The notes beneath the pieces were generated by a model. It saw only the letters and a list, made by a program, of their open reading frames with translations, was not told the origin of the DNA and did not search any database. A stretch of 64,000 nucleotides of DNA, taken from Geosiphon pyriformis uo1. Its lineage: Eukaryota > Fungi > Glomeromycota. Positions 14,801 to 27,385 of the stretch are shown here, piece after piece. The DNA is taken from positions 335,905-399,904 of the forward strand of contig JAAOMT010000572.1 in assembly GCA_016748015.1 (NCBI GenBank). The letters run 5' to 3'. A program made the translations under genes and the position numbers. Position 1 is the first letter of the stretch; every line of letters starts with the position of its first letter.

Positions 14801-15273
14801 CCTTTAAATATTGAGATGAATGAAAAAAGCACACCCAATGACTTAGAGTCAGGTGCCTTTCCTCATTGTATATAAAATTGGGCTTATTATTAGCAAGAAT
14901 TTTGATGTAATAACTAGTATGCGTTATGATTAGTGCTTTTTCTTTTAATCAAACTTCTTTTGTGTCCTTTTAATTTCATGGCATTTAAATTGAATTTGTT
15001 CTATTATTCTTTTTCTATTATAATTAAGTTATTTTTTTTGAGCTACATTTTACAAATTAAAATAATGGGATCCCGTAAAAACTTAATAAACAAAATAAAA
15101 GCTATGGAGTTTGGAAAGAATAACTAATCGATTTTGTATTGGAAGAAAGATAAAATTCGGTGAAATGGCATATTCTATTTCATGTTTTGATTTTACGAAT
15201 TTATCTTTCAACAGATATCTATAAATTTAATTTTAACTATTTTCAAGACAACTTTCATAAGAACTTTATGCCT

Positions 15274-16933
15274 TTTAGTGCAGAGTAAACAGTTATTGTC
15301 TAGCAATAGCCTCAAAATAATGGTGCGTGTTTTCTTGGAACTTATACGATAAAGCTAATGACAAAACATAAAGAATGTCAGCTATTGAATAATGAAAAGA
15401 AACATCCACTGAATGGCCTTGATCATTTATACTTCGATTTGGCCAGGTGATTGAATATGATCAAGGTGTCCCCTAACGACCGCAGCCATTACTTCATCAA
15501 TAAATGAAATGATGAGCGTGATTTTTCTAATAAATTCAAATCCGAAAATTGCAAATATGAAACAAGGAAGTAAGAGTCCAATCGTCATAAGAACTGCTTC
15601 CAAGAAGGCCACCCCAAAAGTTCCCTACTTAAAAACCGATAAACGTCGAGAACATTATTAGGGGTGTTGGGATGATGTTGCCGACAGCCAGTGCAGCAAG
15701 AAAGGTTTTGAAGTGTTAGCCAATTACTAAGATTTACGGATTCATTTTGAAGAAAGGGTATTACCGCCTGGAAATTTGATTTGAATTATTGTTAGCAATT
15801 TTAATGTAAAAAGAATTGAATCAAACTTTTTATGATATTGACTTAAATGAGAACCACCAAAGGAAAGTGAACCAGATAAAAGTCTCAAAACAAATATATG
15901 AGATGGATCCGAATTTGTTGCAATACCAACCCGAAAGCCAAAACCAGTATCTTTCGCTTCCGGTATTCTTTTATAAAAGACATAATTACGATAGAAAGCC
16001 ATTGAACAACCAAACCCATTGCTGCAACGTAGTACCATTGTTGTTCAATAAAATAAATGTGAGGCCAATTACAAACAATGTGATAAAATAATCCAGACGT
16101 AAAATGGTTTGAATGGAAGAAATTATAGCTAATGCGAAAAGAAAATAGCTAAACTTTTTTCTGTGAACAGCTCTTAAAACCATGGTCGCCACAACTGGTT
16201 GAATACCGTTGAATGATGCGTTGAAATAGTCGTTATGTGGTCCGACTAGAACATATAATAAGATGATAAAAGAGCACCAGAAAACCTGGTAAAATAAAGC
16301 CAAAACCACCAATAAAACCGCCAATTCGGCCGCCACAATGATATCCAAAAAAATTGCAACTGTTATAATCATAAAAAATTAATTTAACTTGATCTACGGT
16401 AAAAGTATTTAGAAATTATCAAAGAAAATGGAAAACTTCTACACTGTATAGACTCGCTTAAAATGATTCTCACTGATCCAATGCTGTTTATACACAAAGT
16501 CTTCTTTGAAACGAGCCACTTTGGCAGCAGTTCCTCCCCAAGCATGTATGCCGAATTTCAGAAAAAGGAGGAAAATCTTCCAATACAAAATTTGAGATAT
16601 CGAAGTGAGGATTTCTTCGTTTTCTTCATCGGTTGTTTGTGAGGTTTCAATTATGGTCGATTCTGACAATATATTCAACTTTGTCTTATTTAATTTTTGT
16701 TTTGCTTTGATTGGATACTTTTCATGATCATGTTCAATAAACAATCTTTCTAATTCCATCCCAATCCCTCCATTGGATAAATTGAGTCATTCTTAAGTTT
16801 AGTATAGTTGAAGTCAACAATGGTTGATACGCTATCGCGTAATCTTGGATGATTACTTGGTACCTCGAAGAGATGGTGTAGCTTCTGAAGTGGAATTGTT
16901 GGTATCCTGAAAAATTTCTTCAATGGAAGACAT
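15274..16933 (-). pseudogene. Chromate transporter (CHR family, two-domain) pseudogene
   Basis: CHR motifs lie in different frames: FLKFGIHAWGGTAAKV..WISENHF, FGYHCGGRIGGFIGGFGFILPGF, GIQPVVATMVLRA, GSLSFGG, KTFLAALAVGNIIPTPLIMFSTFIGF*. In-frame TAA at 15629-15631 and several frameshifts not explained by introns. Both ends approximate. Confidence 0.8.
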
Positions 16934-17738
16934 AATAAAAAGATTAACCAGAATTTTTGTTTCTAAAGAGAAACATTTCTTTCATCTCATTTTAAGTGAA
17001 TTCTTTGGGCACATTTCATAGGGCGTTTTAATTATTAAAATTATTATCAAACGCGAAATAACTCCCAACCATTTCATAAGAAAGCTTTTCGCACATATTG
17101 AGTTTCACTTTGGTAAATTTCTTTTTTCAGAAGATCAAAAATTTGTATTGAACCCATTCAAAGATTCTAGTTTTGATTGCATGAGAAAATGTATACTAAT
17201 GAATGGAAGTACGGCTGAATTTTCATAAAAACCCATTATGAATTGTCATACAGGTTCAAATTCATTATTTATATTTATATTTATATTAATAATTCAAAAT
17301 TTTGAAGTGAAACTTTGCATTGCAAAAGAATGACTTAAAATTAAGCTGTCGAAAACTTTCAGCGCTCAAATTTAATCGTGATTGAAATGAATCTAAAAAC
17401 TATTTTGTGCTGAAATTACTAAACCATAAACAAATAATGGAAAAAAGTTTCGCCACAGTTTAATTTTTGTTAGCCAAGGGGTCAATCTCCAAATAATAAT
17501 TTTAAAGGATTGCATGCCTTATTTCTCGCAAATGTATTTTCCGATTTATTTAGCCACTTTTTATTTGAAATTTTCAATTTTCAATTTTTTGGCGAAACTT
17601 CAGAGTAGAGTTTTACATGAAATGATGATTTTCATTTTTTTTCTCGGAATCCAAAATAATAATAATATAATTAATAATATAAATAAATACATGTCTACCA
17701 CTCCCAATAAATGTTCCACTAATTTACAAATTTGGTTT

Positions 17739-18404
17739 TTACTGTTGAGCTGCAGCGTGACCAGCAATGATAAGCCCAAAAATTAGAAGCAAAATAACAA
17801 ATAGCAGGCCCCATTTTAATAATCCAACACCAGTACAATTCAAAGAGCCACCTAATCTCGAAAAATGTTTTGAAAATCCAGATTTGTGATATTGGCTTGA
17901 TAATTCTGATTTTTGACCAACTTCTATGGTTGCATAGGAAGGTAGTGGTTCAATAGTTCGTAGCAATGCGAAGCTGAAGATTGAGTGACGATTCCATGAT
18001 ATTGAGCTGCGATGATTATTTTGCAGGATATCTGGACTGGTGGCATAAGGTGGTGGTTCTGGTGATTCAACAAGGTTTGGTGACGAGGTCGTTGAGTTGA
18101 CATTTTGGTGAAGGAATTTCTTAAAGTGAGCTGGAGTTGGAATTGAGATTACTGAATAATATGGCCTATCATTACAAGTTTCTACTTGGGAAAGTGATGA
18201 ATAAAATTGTGAAATTTGCTCAGGGGGAATAAAGTTCAGTTTTTTCAAAGATAGAGGAGCAATCGAGTTGTGGCTTTTGAAATTTTGTAAGGTATTTAAA
18301 GGTGTAACACGCTCAATTGATTCATTTTTCAGTCCTGTCTTGTGGTTTCGTTTTCGCCAGCGTCGCATTTCTATGGTTTCGTGCGCTTTCACAGGAACTT
18401 TCAT
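17739..18404 (-). CDS. Hypothetical protein with PY motifs (PPPY, LPSY) and a C-terminal transmembrane helix
   Basis: Intronless 221-aa ORF with Ser/Pro-rich disordered region, PEPPPYA and EPLPSYA, and terminal hydrophobic helix LLKWGLLFVILLLIFGLIIAG. Confidence 0.75.
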   Translation of the reverse strand: MKVPVKAHETIEMRRWRKRNHKTGLKNESIERVTPLNTLQNFKSHNSIAPLSLKKLNFIPPEQISQFYSSLSQVETCNDRPYYSVISIPTPAHFKKFLHQNVNSTTSSPNLVESPEPPPYATSPDILQNNHRSSISWNRHSIFSFALLRTIEPLPSYATIEVGQKSELSSQYHKSGFSKHFSRLGGSLNCTGVGLLKWGLLFVILLLIFGLIIAGHAAAQQ

Positions 18405-19982
18405 TTTTAAGTATATTTTTAAAATAATATGAAGTTAAATAATGGTTTAGCACTTCAAATAAAAGAAAATCTTAATACTCAGAGTTTTAAATAAGCTTTT
18501 GTTGAGTTGGCTATATATTTGCAGAATGACTTGTTTCATCGCTGAGCCAGCAGCAACTGAAATAAATAAAAGACGGCAAAAACAAAATTTTTTACTTGGA
18601 AAACTAGATTTGCTGAAAAGCTTCATGAGTAACTTTCTAATAGTTCACATTAAATGGAGTTATTGTGTGTGGTTATCATTATCAAATTTGATAATACATC
18701 AAAGAATTGTGGTTGGTGTTTCATAAAATGTTTGGCGTAACTCAAATTTTTTTATAATAATCTTCAGCCAAACTATCCCCTCATTTCAAATTTTTCTGGA
18801 GACCCAATAAGAAATTAAACAAAATGCACAAATATTTTTTAATTTCAATTCTTTGAAATTAAATATAAGAAAATGGTTATTAAAAAATCCAAAAACATCA
18901 AATTTGTCCAACTGGTCGCTATTTTTTCCTTGCAAGCTAAACTGGTAGCATATCGTTCAAATATAAGCAAGAAAGAAAATTAAAAGCTCTTATTATTTGT
19001 GTTTCTAAACATAATTTAAGTCTATTTGTGCCTAAAAATAAATTTTTACGGTACACAAAAAGCTCATAATCATAAAAATAAGAGATTTGAAACTGCAATT
19101 GACTATAATAATTAAAAATACCAGTTTCGGCATGCTGCCGCATGAAAATTTCCACCAAGATTGCTCTTAATCTGCAAGGGTAATAAGATAGGCGTCAAAG
19201 ATTGAGCACATGATAAACGCGAGCTTAATTAGCTAGTACTTTTTACTCAAATTTAAATTTGTTTAGAAAAAAAATAATCTTGAAAGTTTGAAGCTTCCTT
19301 ATACTGGCAATTTTCTTTCAAAAGTTGCTTTAAAAACATTTGATCTCACAAAACCTAAAATTATGTAATATTTTTAACATTAATTGTTTATTTAAAATCT
19401 ATCTTAGCTTTGAGAGCCTTACTGGTCAACAAATAAATTGCACCATTTATGGCATTACAAGCTAATGTTATTTTAAAAGGATCATAAAAAACGACATTCA
19501 TTCTCGTCTACTCCTTGCTCAGAATAGTAAATTTTGCAAATTTGATTTGGATTTTCATCCAAAATTAAAAGGATTGCAAACTATGCAATTTAAATACTTT
19601 GCATTTTTTCTATTTATTTTCCCATTTCATCTGTTTTGCAACTCACTGGAATTTATAAACAAATACATTTCCAATCAAATACCGCTTGATTCACAACTCT
19701 TTGTGTTATGAAGCAAGTTCTTAGTGTACAGTAAAGTATATTACAATTATAACTTTTAAATTTTGAAGAACATTAATTTGCCAATCAAAGATCGCAGGTG
19801 TTGAGCCTATTGCACAAGTAAATGATCTTCATTGAAAATTTACAATCTAAGCCATCATCCTCATGACATAATATTTTAAAAAGCGTTTGTCATTTGCCTT
19901 TATTCTGTTGAGCATAAAATCCTTGGAATATCTTCAAAAATCTTCACATTTCAAAATATTTTGAAAAATTGACCAAGCTCAA

Positions 19983-20786
19983 ATGAGTGAACTGTCTAAA
20001 TATAACCTAAATTTAAGCCCTTTACAACCAATATCCAGAGCTGAAGTTTCAATAATCGAAGAGCTCTTGAGTATATATATTGAGGGTAAAAACCGCTGGG
20101 AATCCGACTTTGTTATTCGTGGAAACGTAAAGAAATGGCTTACTGCTGAAAATCAAGACCCACAGCATGTTTTCAAGTTGGTGAATAGTCAAAATAACAA
20201 TCCCAGATATTTGACTTTGCTTGCTTTTTTGAATTATTGTGGAATTGGTACAGAAAGCAACCACGAACAAACTTTTTATTGCTACAAAAAGGCAGCAGAT
20301 TATGGAGACCCTCTTGGGCAACAAGAAGTTGCATCCTGTTACCAACGATCTATTGGTACCAGGAATGATCGTCACCAAGCTTTTCTTTGGTATCAGAAAG
20401 CCGCAAATGCTGAATACGCAAGTGCTCAATGTCATCTTGGAAAATGTTATTTGATTGGTGCTGGAATAAAGTCTAATGGGCTACAAGCTGTTCACTGGCT
20501 TCAGAGATCATCAAAAGCCGGATTTAGAGAAGCACATTTTTTGCTTGGGTGGTGCTATGAATCGGGAAAAGGTGTTAAGGCGAATATGCGAAAAGCTTTT
20601 TTTTGTTACAAGATATCGGCTGATGCTGGGTACATTCCGGCGATACAAAATCGATCACGATGTTTGAAGCAGGGTCAAGGGACATTAAAAGATGTGCATG
20701 AAGCGATGAGAAATTATTCTAGATCGAATGAAAAAGGGAATTTGTTATTTGACTTGGGCTTTTTCGCTCTATTTCGATATATTTAA
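19983..20786 (+). CDS. Sel1-like repeat (HCP-like) protein
   Basis: Intronless 267-aa ORF with ~5 SLR repeats (e.g. AQCHLGKCYLIGAGIKSNGLQAVHWLQRSSKAG, AHFLLGWCYESGKGVKANMRKAFFCYKISADAG). Confidence 0.92.
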   Translation: MSELSKYNLNLSPLQPISRAEVSIIEELLSIYIEGKNRWESDFVIRGNVKKWLTAENQDPQHVFKLVNSQNNNPRYLTLLAFLNYCGIGTESNHEQTFYCYKKAADYGDPLGQQEVASCYQRSIGTRNDRHQAFLWYQKAANAEYASAQCHLGKCYLIGAGIKSNGLQAVHWLQRSSKAGFREAHFLLGWCYESGKGVKANMRKAFFCYKISADAGYIPAIQNRSRCLKQGQGTLKDVHEAMRNYSRSNEKGNLLFDLGFFALFRYI

Positions 20787-21428
20787 TGTGAAAATAATTT
20801 CTTGGGTGACTATTCATTCTTTTCTCAAAATTCGTTTTTTGTAAGAATTCTGGTCATTTAATATATTTCAATGCTCAATTTAAATTTTCTTTAAGCTTAC
20901 AATTGATTATTAAAAAGGAACCATGCTGTCTCCTGTGGGGTATCATAAGAAATAGGATGGGAGATTACTTATAGTTAACAATATTTTGGAGCATAAATTA
21001 CTTGCGGCTCGAAAATGACACTGCATTCGGGTATTAAGGTTGTTTCTGTGAGCCTGAAGCAAAACAATATGGGTAAAAGTCAGCTTTTTGAAGAATTACA
21101 TATTAATGATCTAAACTAGAGTTTTAGTAAAACAAATTTTCTCAAAGTTTAATCCAATAGCTATCTTTAAAATAGAAATCTTGATTCTCAATGTGATTGA
21201 GCCTTGAACTGATTGTAGGAGTAGGGAATTTTACGAAATACATATTTTTTTCATTGAAGAGGACACATTGAATTGGAGAAAATATTTTGTTAACATGATT
21301 CATGCATTTTAGATCAAATGCATCCAATTTTGGCTGTTGCGATTTATAAACATCTAAAAGGAAACTCGAGCTTTATATAGACCCATTCAATTTTCCAAAA
21401 AAATCAAAACTTGGTCAAGCTTTGAAAA

Positions 21429-22694
21429 ATGCTTTCTTTCATTAAAGACATCTCCCTATCCTACTTTAATTCCTTTGGAGAAGCTGTGACGGTTTTTCTT
21501 TTTATAACTTTTATTGGTATCCCAATCTCAATTTACCTTTTGCTAAATGATCTTTATGAAAACATATTTCAAAAAAATACAAATAAATTGATGAGGAAAC
21601 CGAAAACTATCGTAATAACTGGGGCGAGGTAGCTTGCCATTTTTCCTTTGACTCGTTTTCGTAAATTTGTGAAAGCTGATGAATCTTATACTTCAATCTA
21701 AGTTCAGGGATCGGAGCCGCACTTGCTGTTGATTATGCTGCTCCGAATATGGTCTTGGGGCTCTTGGCTCGTAATGAAGGTTACTTGTCGCTTATTATTC
21801 ACTTTTATAACTGGTTTTAGAATGTATATTCTTTGTAGTTTAAAATTTTATTTTTAGACCGGCTAAATTCAATTGCTAAAATTTGTGGTGAGCGAGGTGC
21901 AAAATGTCATATAATGCAAGTTGATATCTCAAACATTGAAGAGTTGGAAAGGGCTTTAAATTCATTTGATCAGTGCTACCCTATCGACTTATTTTTTGCT
22001 AATGCTGGTAAAAATTTGAATTTGAATATATTTTTTCATCTTTTGACCACTTTTAGCTTTGAAAATTTTCTCTGTAGGTCAGGTGGGAGTTACACGAGAC
22101 GATAGTGGCACAGTAGAATGGGTTGATGGGTGGCGACGTCTGTTTGAAGTTAATTATAGTGGTAATGTTGCAAGCATTATTACAGTATATAAAAGAATGA
22201 AAGAGAGAAAGGATGGACAAATTGCTGGTAAAAATTTTTGATGTGTTCTCTGTGTGGATTGACTGCTCTTAAATTTATTGAACTTATCATTTGCAGTTAT
22301 TTCTTCAATAACTGGTTACTTTGGCTCCCCGAATATGTGTTGGTACAATTCCACAAAAGCAGCTTTATCATCTTTCACACGAGACCTTAGAGACATTGCT
22401 CAAGCGGAAAGTATCAAAGTTTCGCTCATTGTACCAGGTATGATATCTACAGGTATGACCCTCGACCCTCGACAACCAATGCCATTGAGTATATCTTTCT
22501 TCGCCAATCCACAAAGGCTAGCCTATATCATCAGGAAAGGCCTCAAAAAAAACTTACCTTGTATTGGGTGGCCTTATAACCAAATGTTAAGCTTATTTGT
22601 AGTTTCTACCATGCCACATAGGATTATTTTGATCTTATCATGGATCTTGGGAAAAATGTTTCAACTTTTGGCCAATGATCCAGCATTGACATAG
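21429..22694 (+). CDS. Classical short-chain dehydrogenase/reductase with N-terminal membrane anchor (5 exons)
   Basis: Exons 21429-21628, 21703-21779, 21858-22007, 22078-22227, 22297-22694. Spliced product has TGASSGIG, ANAG, catalytic SS..YNSTK and PG motifs. Confidence 0.92.
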
Positions 22695-25657
22695 CTTCTC
22701 TCCTAGCTCAGAAAACCAAAATGCTATCAGATAAAAACTCGTCCTTTGTCCGGTTTTTATCTTGAGATAGATTCAGAGTCTAGAAAACATTTCTGTTGCT
22801 AAAATTAGATGTTTTTTTTTTGATTTTTAAAATAGGTTTGGACAGAGAGTATTTATTTAGAAAAAATTGAAATGAAGATTTTGATTTAAAATAATAATAA
22901 TTTGAAGTTCCATTTTGATTAATATTTTTTTCCCTTAATTACTGGGAAATGGAATAGAGTGAATATTGTTCTTTGCCTTTGAGAATGATTTTCGGATTGG
23001 CAAAAATCCAGGGAATGTAGATTTTTCTGCCATTTAAAATATGCCAAGACAGTCATTAATTGTAGAGCGGATGAAGAAACGGGTTTTAAATTAGGCAGGT
23101 AAATTCGGAATTTATGAATATTTAATAATTCAAAATTTGTTTTTCACTTGAATCGTAAAATATTTTTACTCTTTCTGTCGTGAAAAGCTTCATTTTCTTC
23201 AACAGACATTTCAAGTAGTACCAAGCCTTAACAGAAGCCGTAAAATATTCGATTTCATTGGTACCCTTATTTTCAGAAAGTATAACTAAAGAGACCTCTT
23301 TCGAAAAATTTATCTTTTTAAAAGTCTCAATTTATTTTGTTCAAGGATAAATAATAATAATAATAATAATAATAATAGTAATAGTTTACCATTTTTCTTA
23401 AACGTATTTTCTTTAAACTGAGATAGTGGAATTTCATTTAGAAATGAGAAATTTCATTGACACATCAAAATTTTAAGTAAAATTTTAGGCTTCAAAATTT
23501 ACAGAATTTATTATCTGGCTTTTTAAGTCAAAAGGAAAAAGCCATGCTTACACTCTATCTCTAGCTCCCATGATTTTAAGGTATAATGTGAACACATTAT
23601 ACTTGGGTTGAAAAAGCTCTAAATTATTTCAAGATTTTTTTCAAATTTGCTAAAAGCTTTGATGAAAATAAGATAAAAAAAACTACTCTCTATTACCCCT
23701 GATTAAAAGAAAAAAAAACCAAAGATAAATATTTTTATATTTCACACAAATCTTTGTTGTTAAAAACTCTATTTTTTTTTTAATTATAATTTGTGACAAG
23801 TTTTATATCTTAAAATTTCATTTAAAAATTTCATAATACTCTTTGAATTTCAAAAAAGATTTTGTAAAACATATATCGAGTCAAACAATTCTCAAAACAA
23901 AAAGATGACATGTTTTATAAAATTTGCAAATCCAAAAAAAAACATGAATAAAAATAAAAAGTTTGAAATAAGAAAATTTCTAATTATTTTGAATTTAAAT
24001 TCTTACTTTGATTCCAAAAATTGTTCAATAAAATTTATATTTTTTTAGATTGCAAAATTTTAAAATAACTAATAGAATAAAAATCTATTAGATAAATATT
24101 AAATTTTTTTTTTAAAATTAGATTTAAATTCCAAAATATTTCAGCCTATTTTAAAAACTGCTCATTAAAAATTTAAAAAGTGATTCATTTTAATTATCAT
24201 CTATAACATTTGATTAAACACAAAAAAAACCTACACTTTTAATTTAATTTAATTTTATTCGATTTCTACGTGAATTCGACAATCTTTGCATTTATTTATT
24301 TTTTATTTTGTAAACTAGGAAATAAATTTTGAGCATTTTCATTTATCCCGTTTTAATTTTTTATCAAGCTCTAATTTTATTAGGCTTAAATTTTTACTAC
24401 TAATGGTTCATTATTAATTCTATCAAAGAAACGTATAAGGTTAAATTTTCATTGCTTGTATTTTTTTCTTTTAAACAATTAATTTAAATATTATTTAATG
24501 CTCAATTTTTATGTAAATAAAGTTTAATTGTGTAAAAAAAAAGATTTTTAGATCATAAAATTGAGTTAGCTGAACACATTTGAGTTCAAAAACTTTTGTG
24601 TATCACTCTGCATATAAATTTAAAACTGTCCACACTTAATCCTTAAATTTAAATGAAATATATGAAGTAATTTTTAATTGCTATATTTGTCCAATTCTAA
24701 TAATAATAATAATAATAATAATTAAAATAATTGAGATATATATTAGAGATTTTACATCATTATTCGTGTAAAATAAACAAACATTAAACGGTTTTCAAAC
24801 GGTTTTCGAACGTTTTTTGTGCTAAAATTCTAAAGTTTTGTTACATAAAATTATCACATGATTGACGTTATGACCAAGAATTATAATTCCATTTAACGTT
24901 AAAGAAACATTAATTTTGCTAGCTTGTCAGCAAATGCTGATAACCTGCGATTCCTTTCATCGATTTTTCATATCTGAAATTCTCAACAAAGAATCATTTG
25001 AATTTTTAACGTGTTACCGATGCGTTCAACCGATTTCGAAAGCTATTTGGTTTGTACATTAAAAGAAAATTTTTATTACATGCAAGCAAAAAGGCTATTT
25101 TATTGACACAGTGTTACACACAATGGTTGAAAAATATTTGAATGGTTTGAGATAATATAATGCTTAGCTAACTGTTCATAAAATAAACTCAATATAAACA
25201 TAAATTTTACTATGTCGGCATTGGCCGAAAATTTATAATGTAATGTAGCGGGAGAAGGTTTCATGGCCACAAATTATAAAAGACTCTAAGCCTATGTGAT
25301 GAATTGTTGTGTGAAATTCACAAGGAGAAAATCTAGCCTAAATAATGAAAAAATAGAGCGAAAGGAAATAAATACAAATCTTTATGCATACATCTAAATC
25401 GGCGATTTTTTCAAAAAATCAAAAGAAACTTTATCGAAGTTGAGCATAATAAAAAGTGATAAACAAGAATCATATTGGTTGATTTAAAATGAAAAAAGTA
25501 GGGATTTTCTCCAAGGCAAGAATATCATTAAATTCTTAGAATTTTCTTATACGTGGAGGAATATACGCGATTATTAAAAAGAAAGATAGAATTTTTAAAG
25601 TATTGAATCAAATGGGTGAGTATGGAGGGTGTGTGTGTGTGTGTGAAGGGTCATAAG

Positions 25658-26316
25658 TTAGTTTAAAAGTATATCAAGTGACATTCTTTCACGAATACGA
25701 TGAAATGCCTGCCGTTTTTCACTATGCCAAAAGTTTCTGATCATCAGTGGTGTACGACCTTGGGATGGTAAGCATTTCGCAATTTTGGCCCATTTATGGC
25801 CAATCGTCCCACATTTCTCGATTATGATTGATTTTTCTAGTTCGCTTAATGGCTCTTGGTTAACTTGGATAAGAAATAAAAATTGGAAAGATTAGGTCAT
25901 ATTAAATTTTAAGGCAAGATTTATAGCCCATCAAGAAAAACTAACTGGAAAGATCCAAATGATGAACCCAGCTAAAGATTTGAAGAAACTGAAATTTGTA
26001 AGAATAATAAATAGTATAAAAAAAAAACAAAAAACTCATGAATTCAAAATGTCTGAGATAAAATTTTTTGCCTTTACCGTTCTCTAATTTGTTTGTGAGT
26101 TCTTGTTCCATTCATTTCCTTTGAAATTAATCTCCAACGGCGCTTATGAACTGAAAAAAGTCGTCTAAGTTCTTGGTCTTCCTGGAAAAAATTAGAATGA
26201 TTAAGAGAGAATTCGAAGAAATTAAAAAAAAAAATTTCAAAGATTTTGTAAGAATAGAAACCAACTCTGCCTGTCCAAGGCCCAGTATTTTTTTTTGTTG
26301 CTTTTATTGGTGACAT
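25658..26316 (-). CDS. Small R2R3-type Myb transcription factor, cluster copy 1 (4 exons)
   Basis: Exons 26316-26266, 26181-26078, 25971-25946, 25863-25658. Product MSPIKATKKNTGPWTGR|EDQELRRLF..RWRLISKEMNGTRTHKQIRE|RWVHHLDLS|INQEPLSELEKSII..GHKWAKIAKCLPSQGRTPLMIRNFWHS..RMSLDILLN*. Confidence 0.9.
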
Positions 26317-27315
26317 ATGGTCCAAAGATGTGGTAGACAATTTTGCTTTCCCAATATTTATTGGAAAAAAGCAAAGTTGACATCCTGAAAGAATGGCAGT
26401 CTATCTGAATCTTCTTAATATATACAATTGTCACATGCTTTCTGAGTGACTGATTATCAAGATATTTAAGGGAGTAATTTTTTGAGTCATACTCAGGGCT
26501 TCTGAGGGTGAGAAGTTTAATTCGGGCCGAATCCTCCGGAAAATTGAATTATCCTAAAATATATATTATATAGGGTTTGTTTAACTCGAGAATTCATCAA
26601 AAATGATAAGGTTTCAGGAAAATATTGAACCATTTAAAGGAGGAGATGGATAAAGAATTACGTCTAGAAACATGGAACATGAAACATGAAACATTGAAAC
26701 ATTGAACATGAAAATATAGAATTTAAAATATTGATATAGTTGAGCACGAAAAAACCTGAATAGGACATAGTTTTTTATAAAAGCCCTTTTTTTTTATTAT
26801 TAAAAATAGGGAGAATTAGCAATGACATAATCGGAAATCAGAAAAATATCATCAAGCCAGAGGAAAAGTGTGATTAATATCATCATTACAAAGTTTAAAA
26901 ATTAAGGTTCTAAAGATTTGTGTAACTTTTTTTTTGAAAAAGCAACAACAACAACAATGATATGATTTGTTTAGATTGAAAATCTGTAAAAAACTAAAGA
27001 TGGATTAATCTCCTATTGGTAGATGATTTTTGAAAGCTAGATTGCATGTTGTAAACCATTTTGGCCAAGACATTTTAATAAGTTTTTTAATAACAATTTT
27101 TTTGAATATCTCTATGGAGTTTTCAACAAATTCTAAATTTTAAATTCGGCTTATTTTTAATTGAATAACTTTTTTTCGCATCAAATTATTTTTTTTCGGA
27201 GAATATATGATCGTCAAATAGGTACCAAGAGTACCACGATCAAAATATTTCACATCTGAAAGAATTATTAAATTATCAAGTCTTCAGAGAAACTTTAGAT
27301 TAATTATTTTTATCT

Positions 27316-27385
27316 ATGTATGTATGTATGCATGTATGTACGTACGTATGTATGTATGTATGTATATATGTATGTATGTATGTAT
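27316..27385. repeat. (TATG)n microsatellite, imperfect
   Basis: Read directly. Confidence 0.9.

Noticed and set aside
13030-14900. Coding-like composition and short ORF 14356-14547
   Set aside because: No consistent exon chain or motif; at most an unidentifiable pseudogene.
20049-20667. ORFs overlapping the Sel1 gene
   Set aside because: Shadow frames of a well-supported gene.
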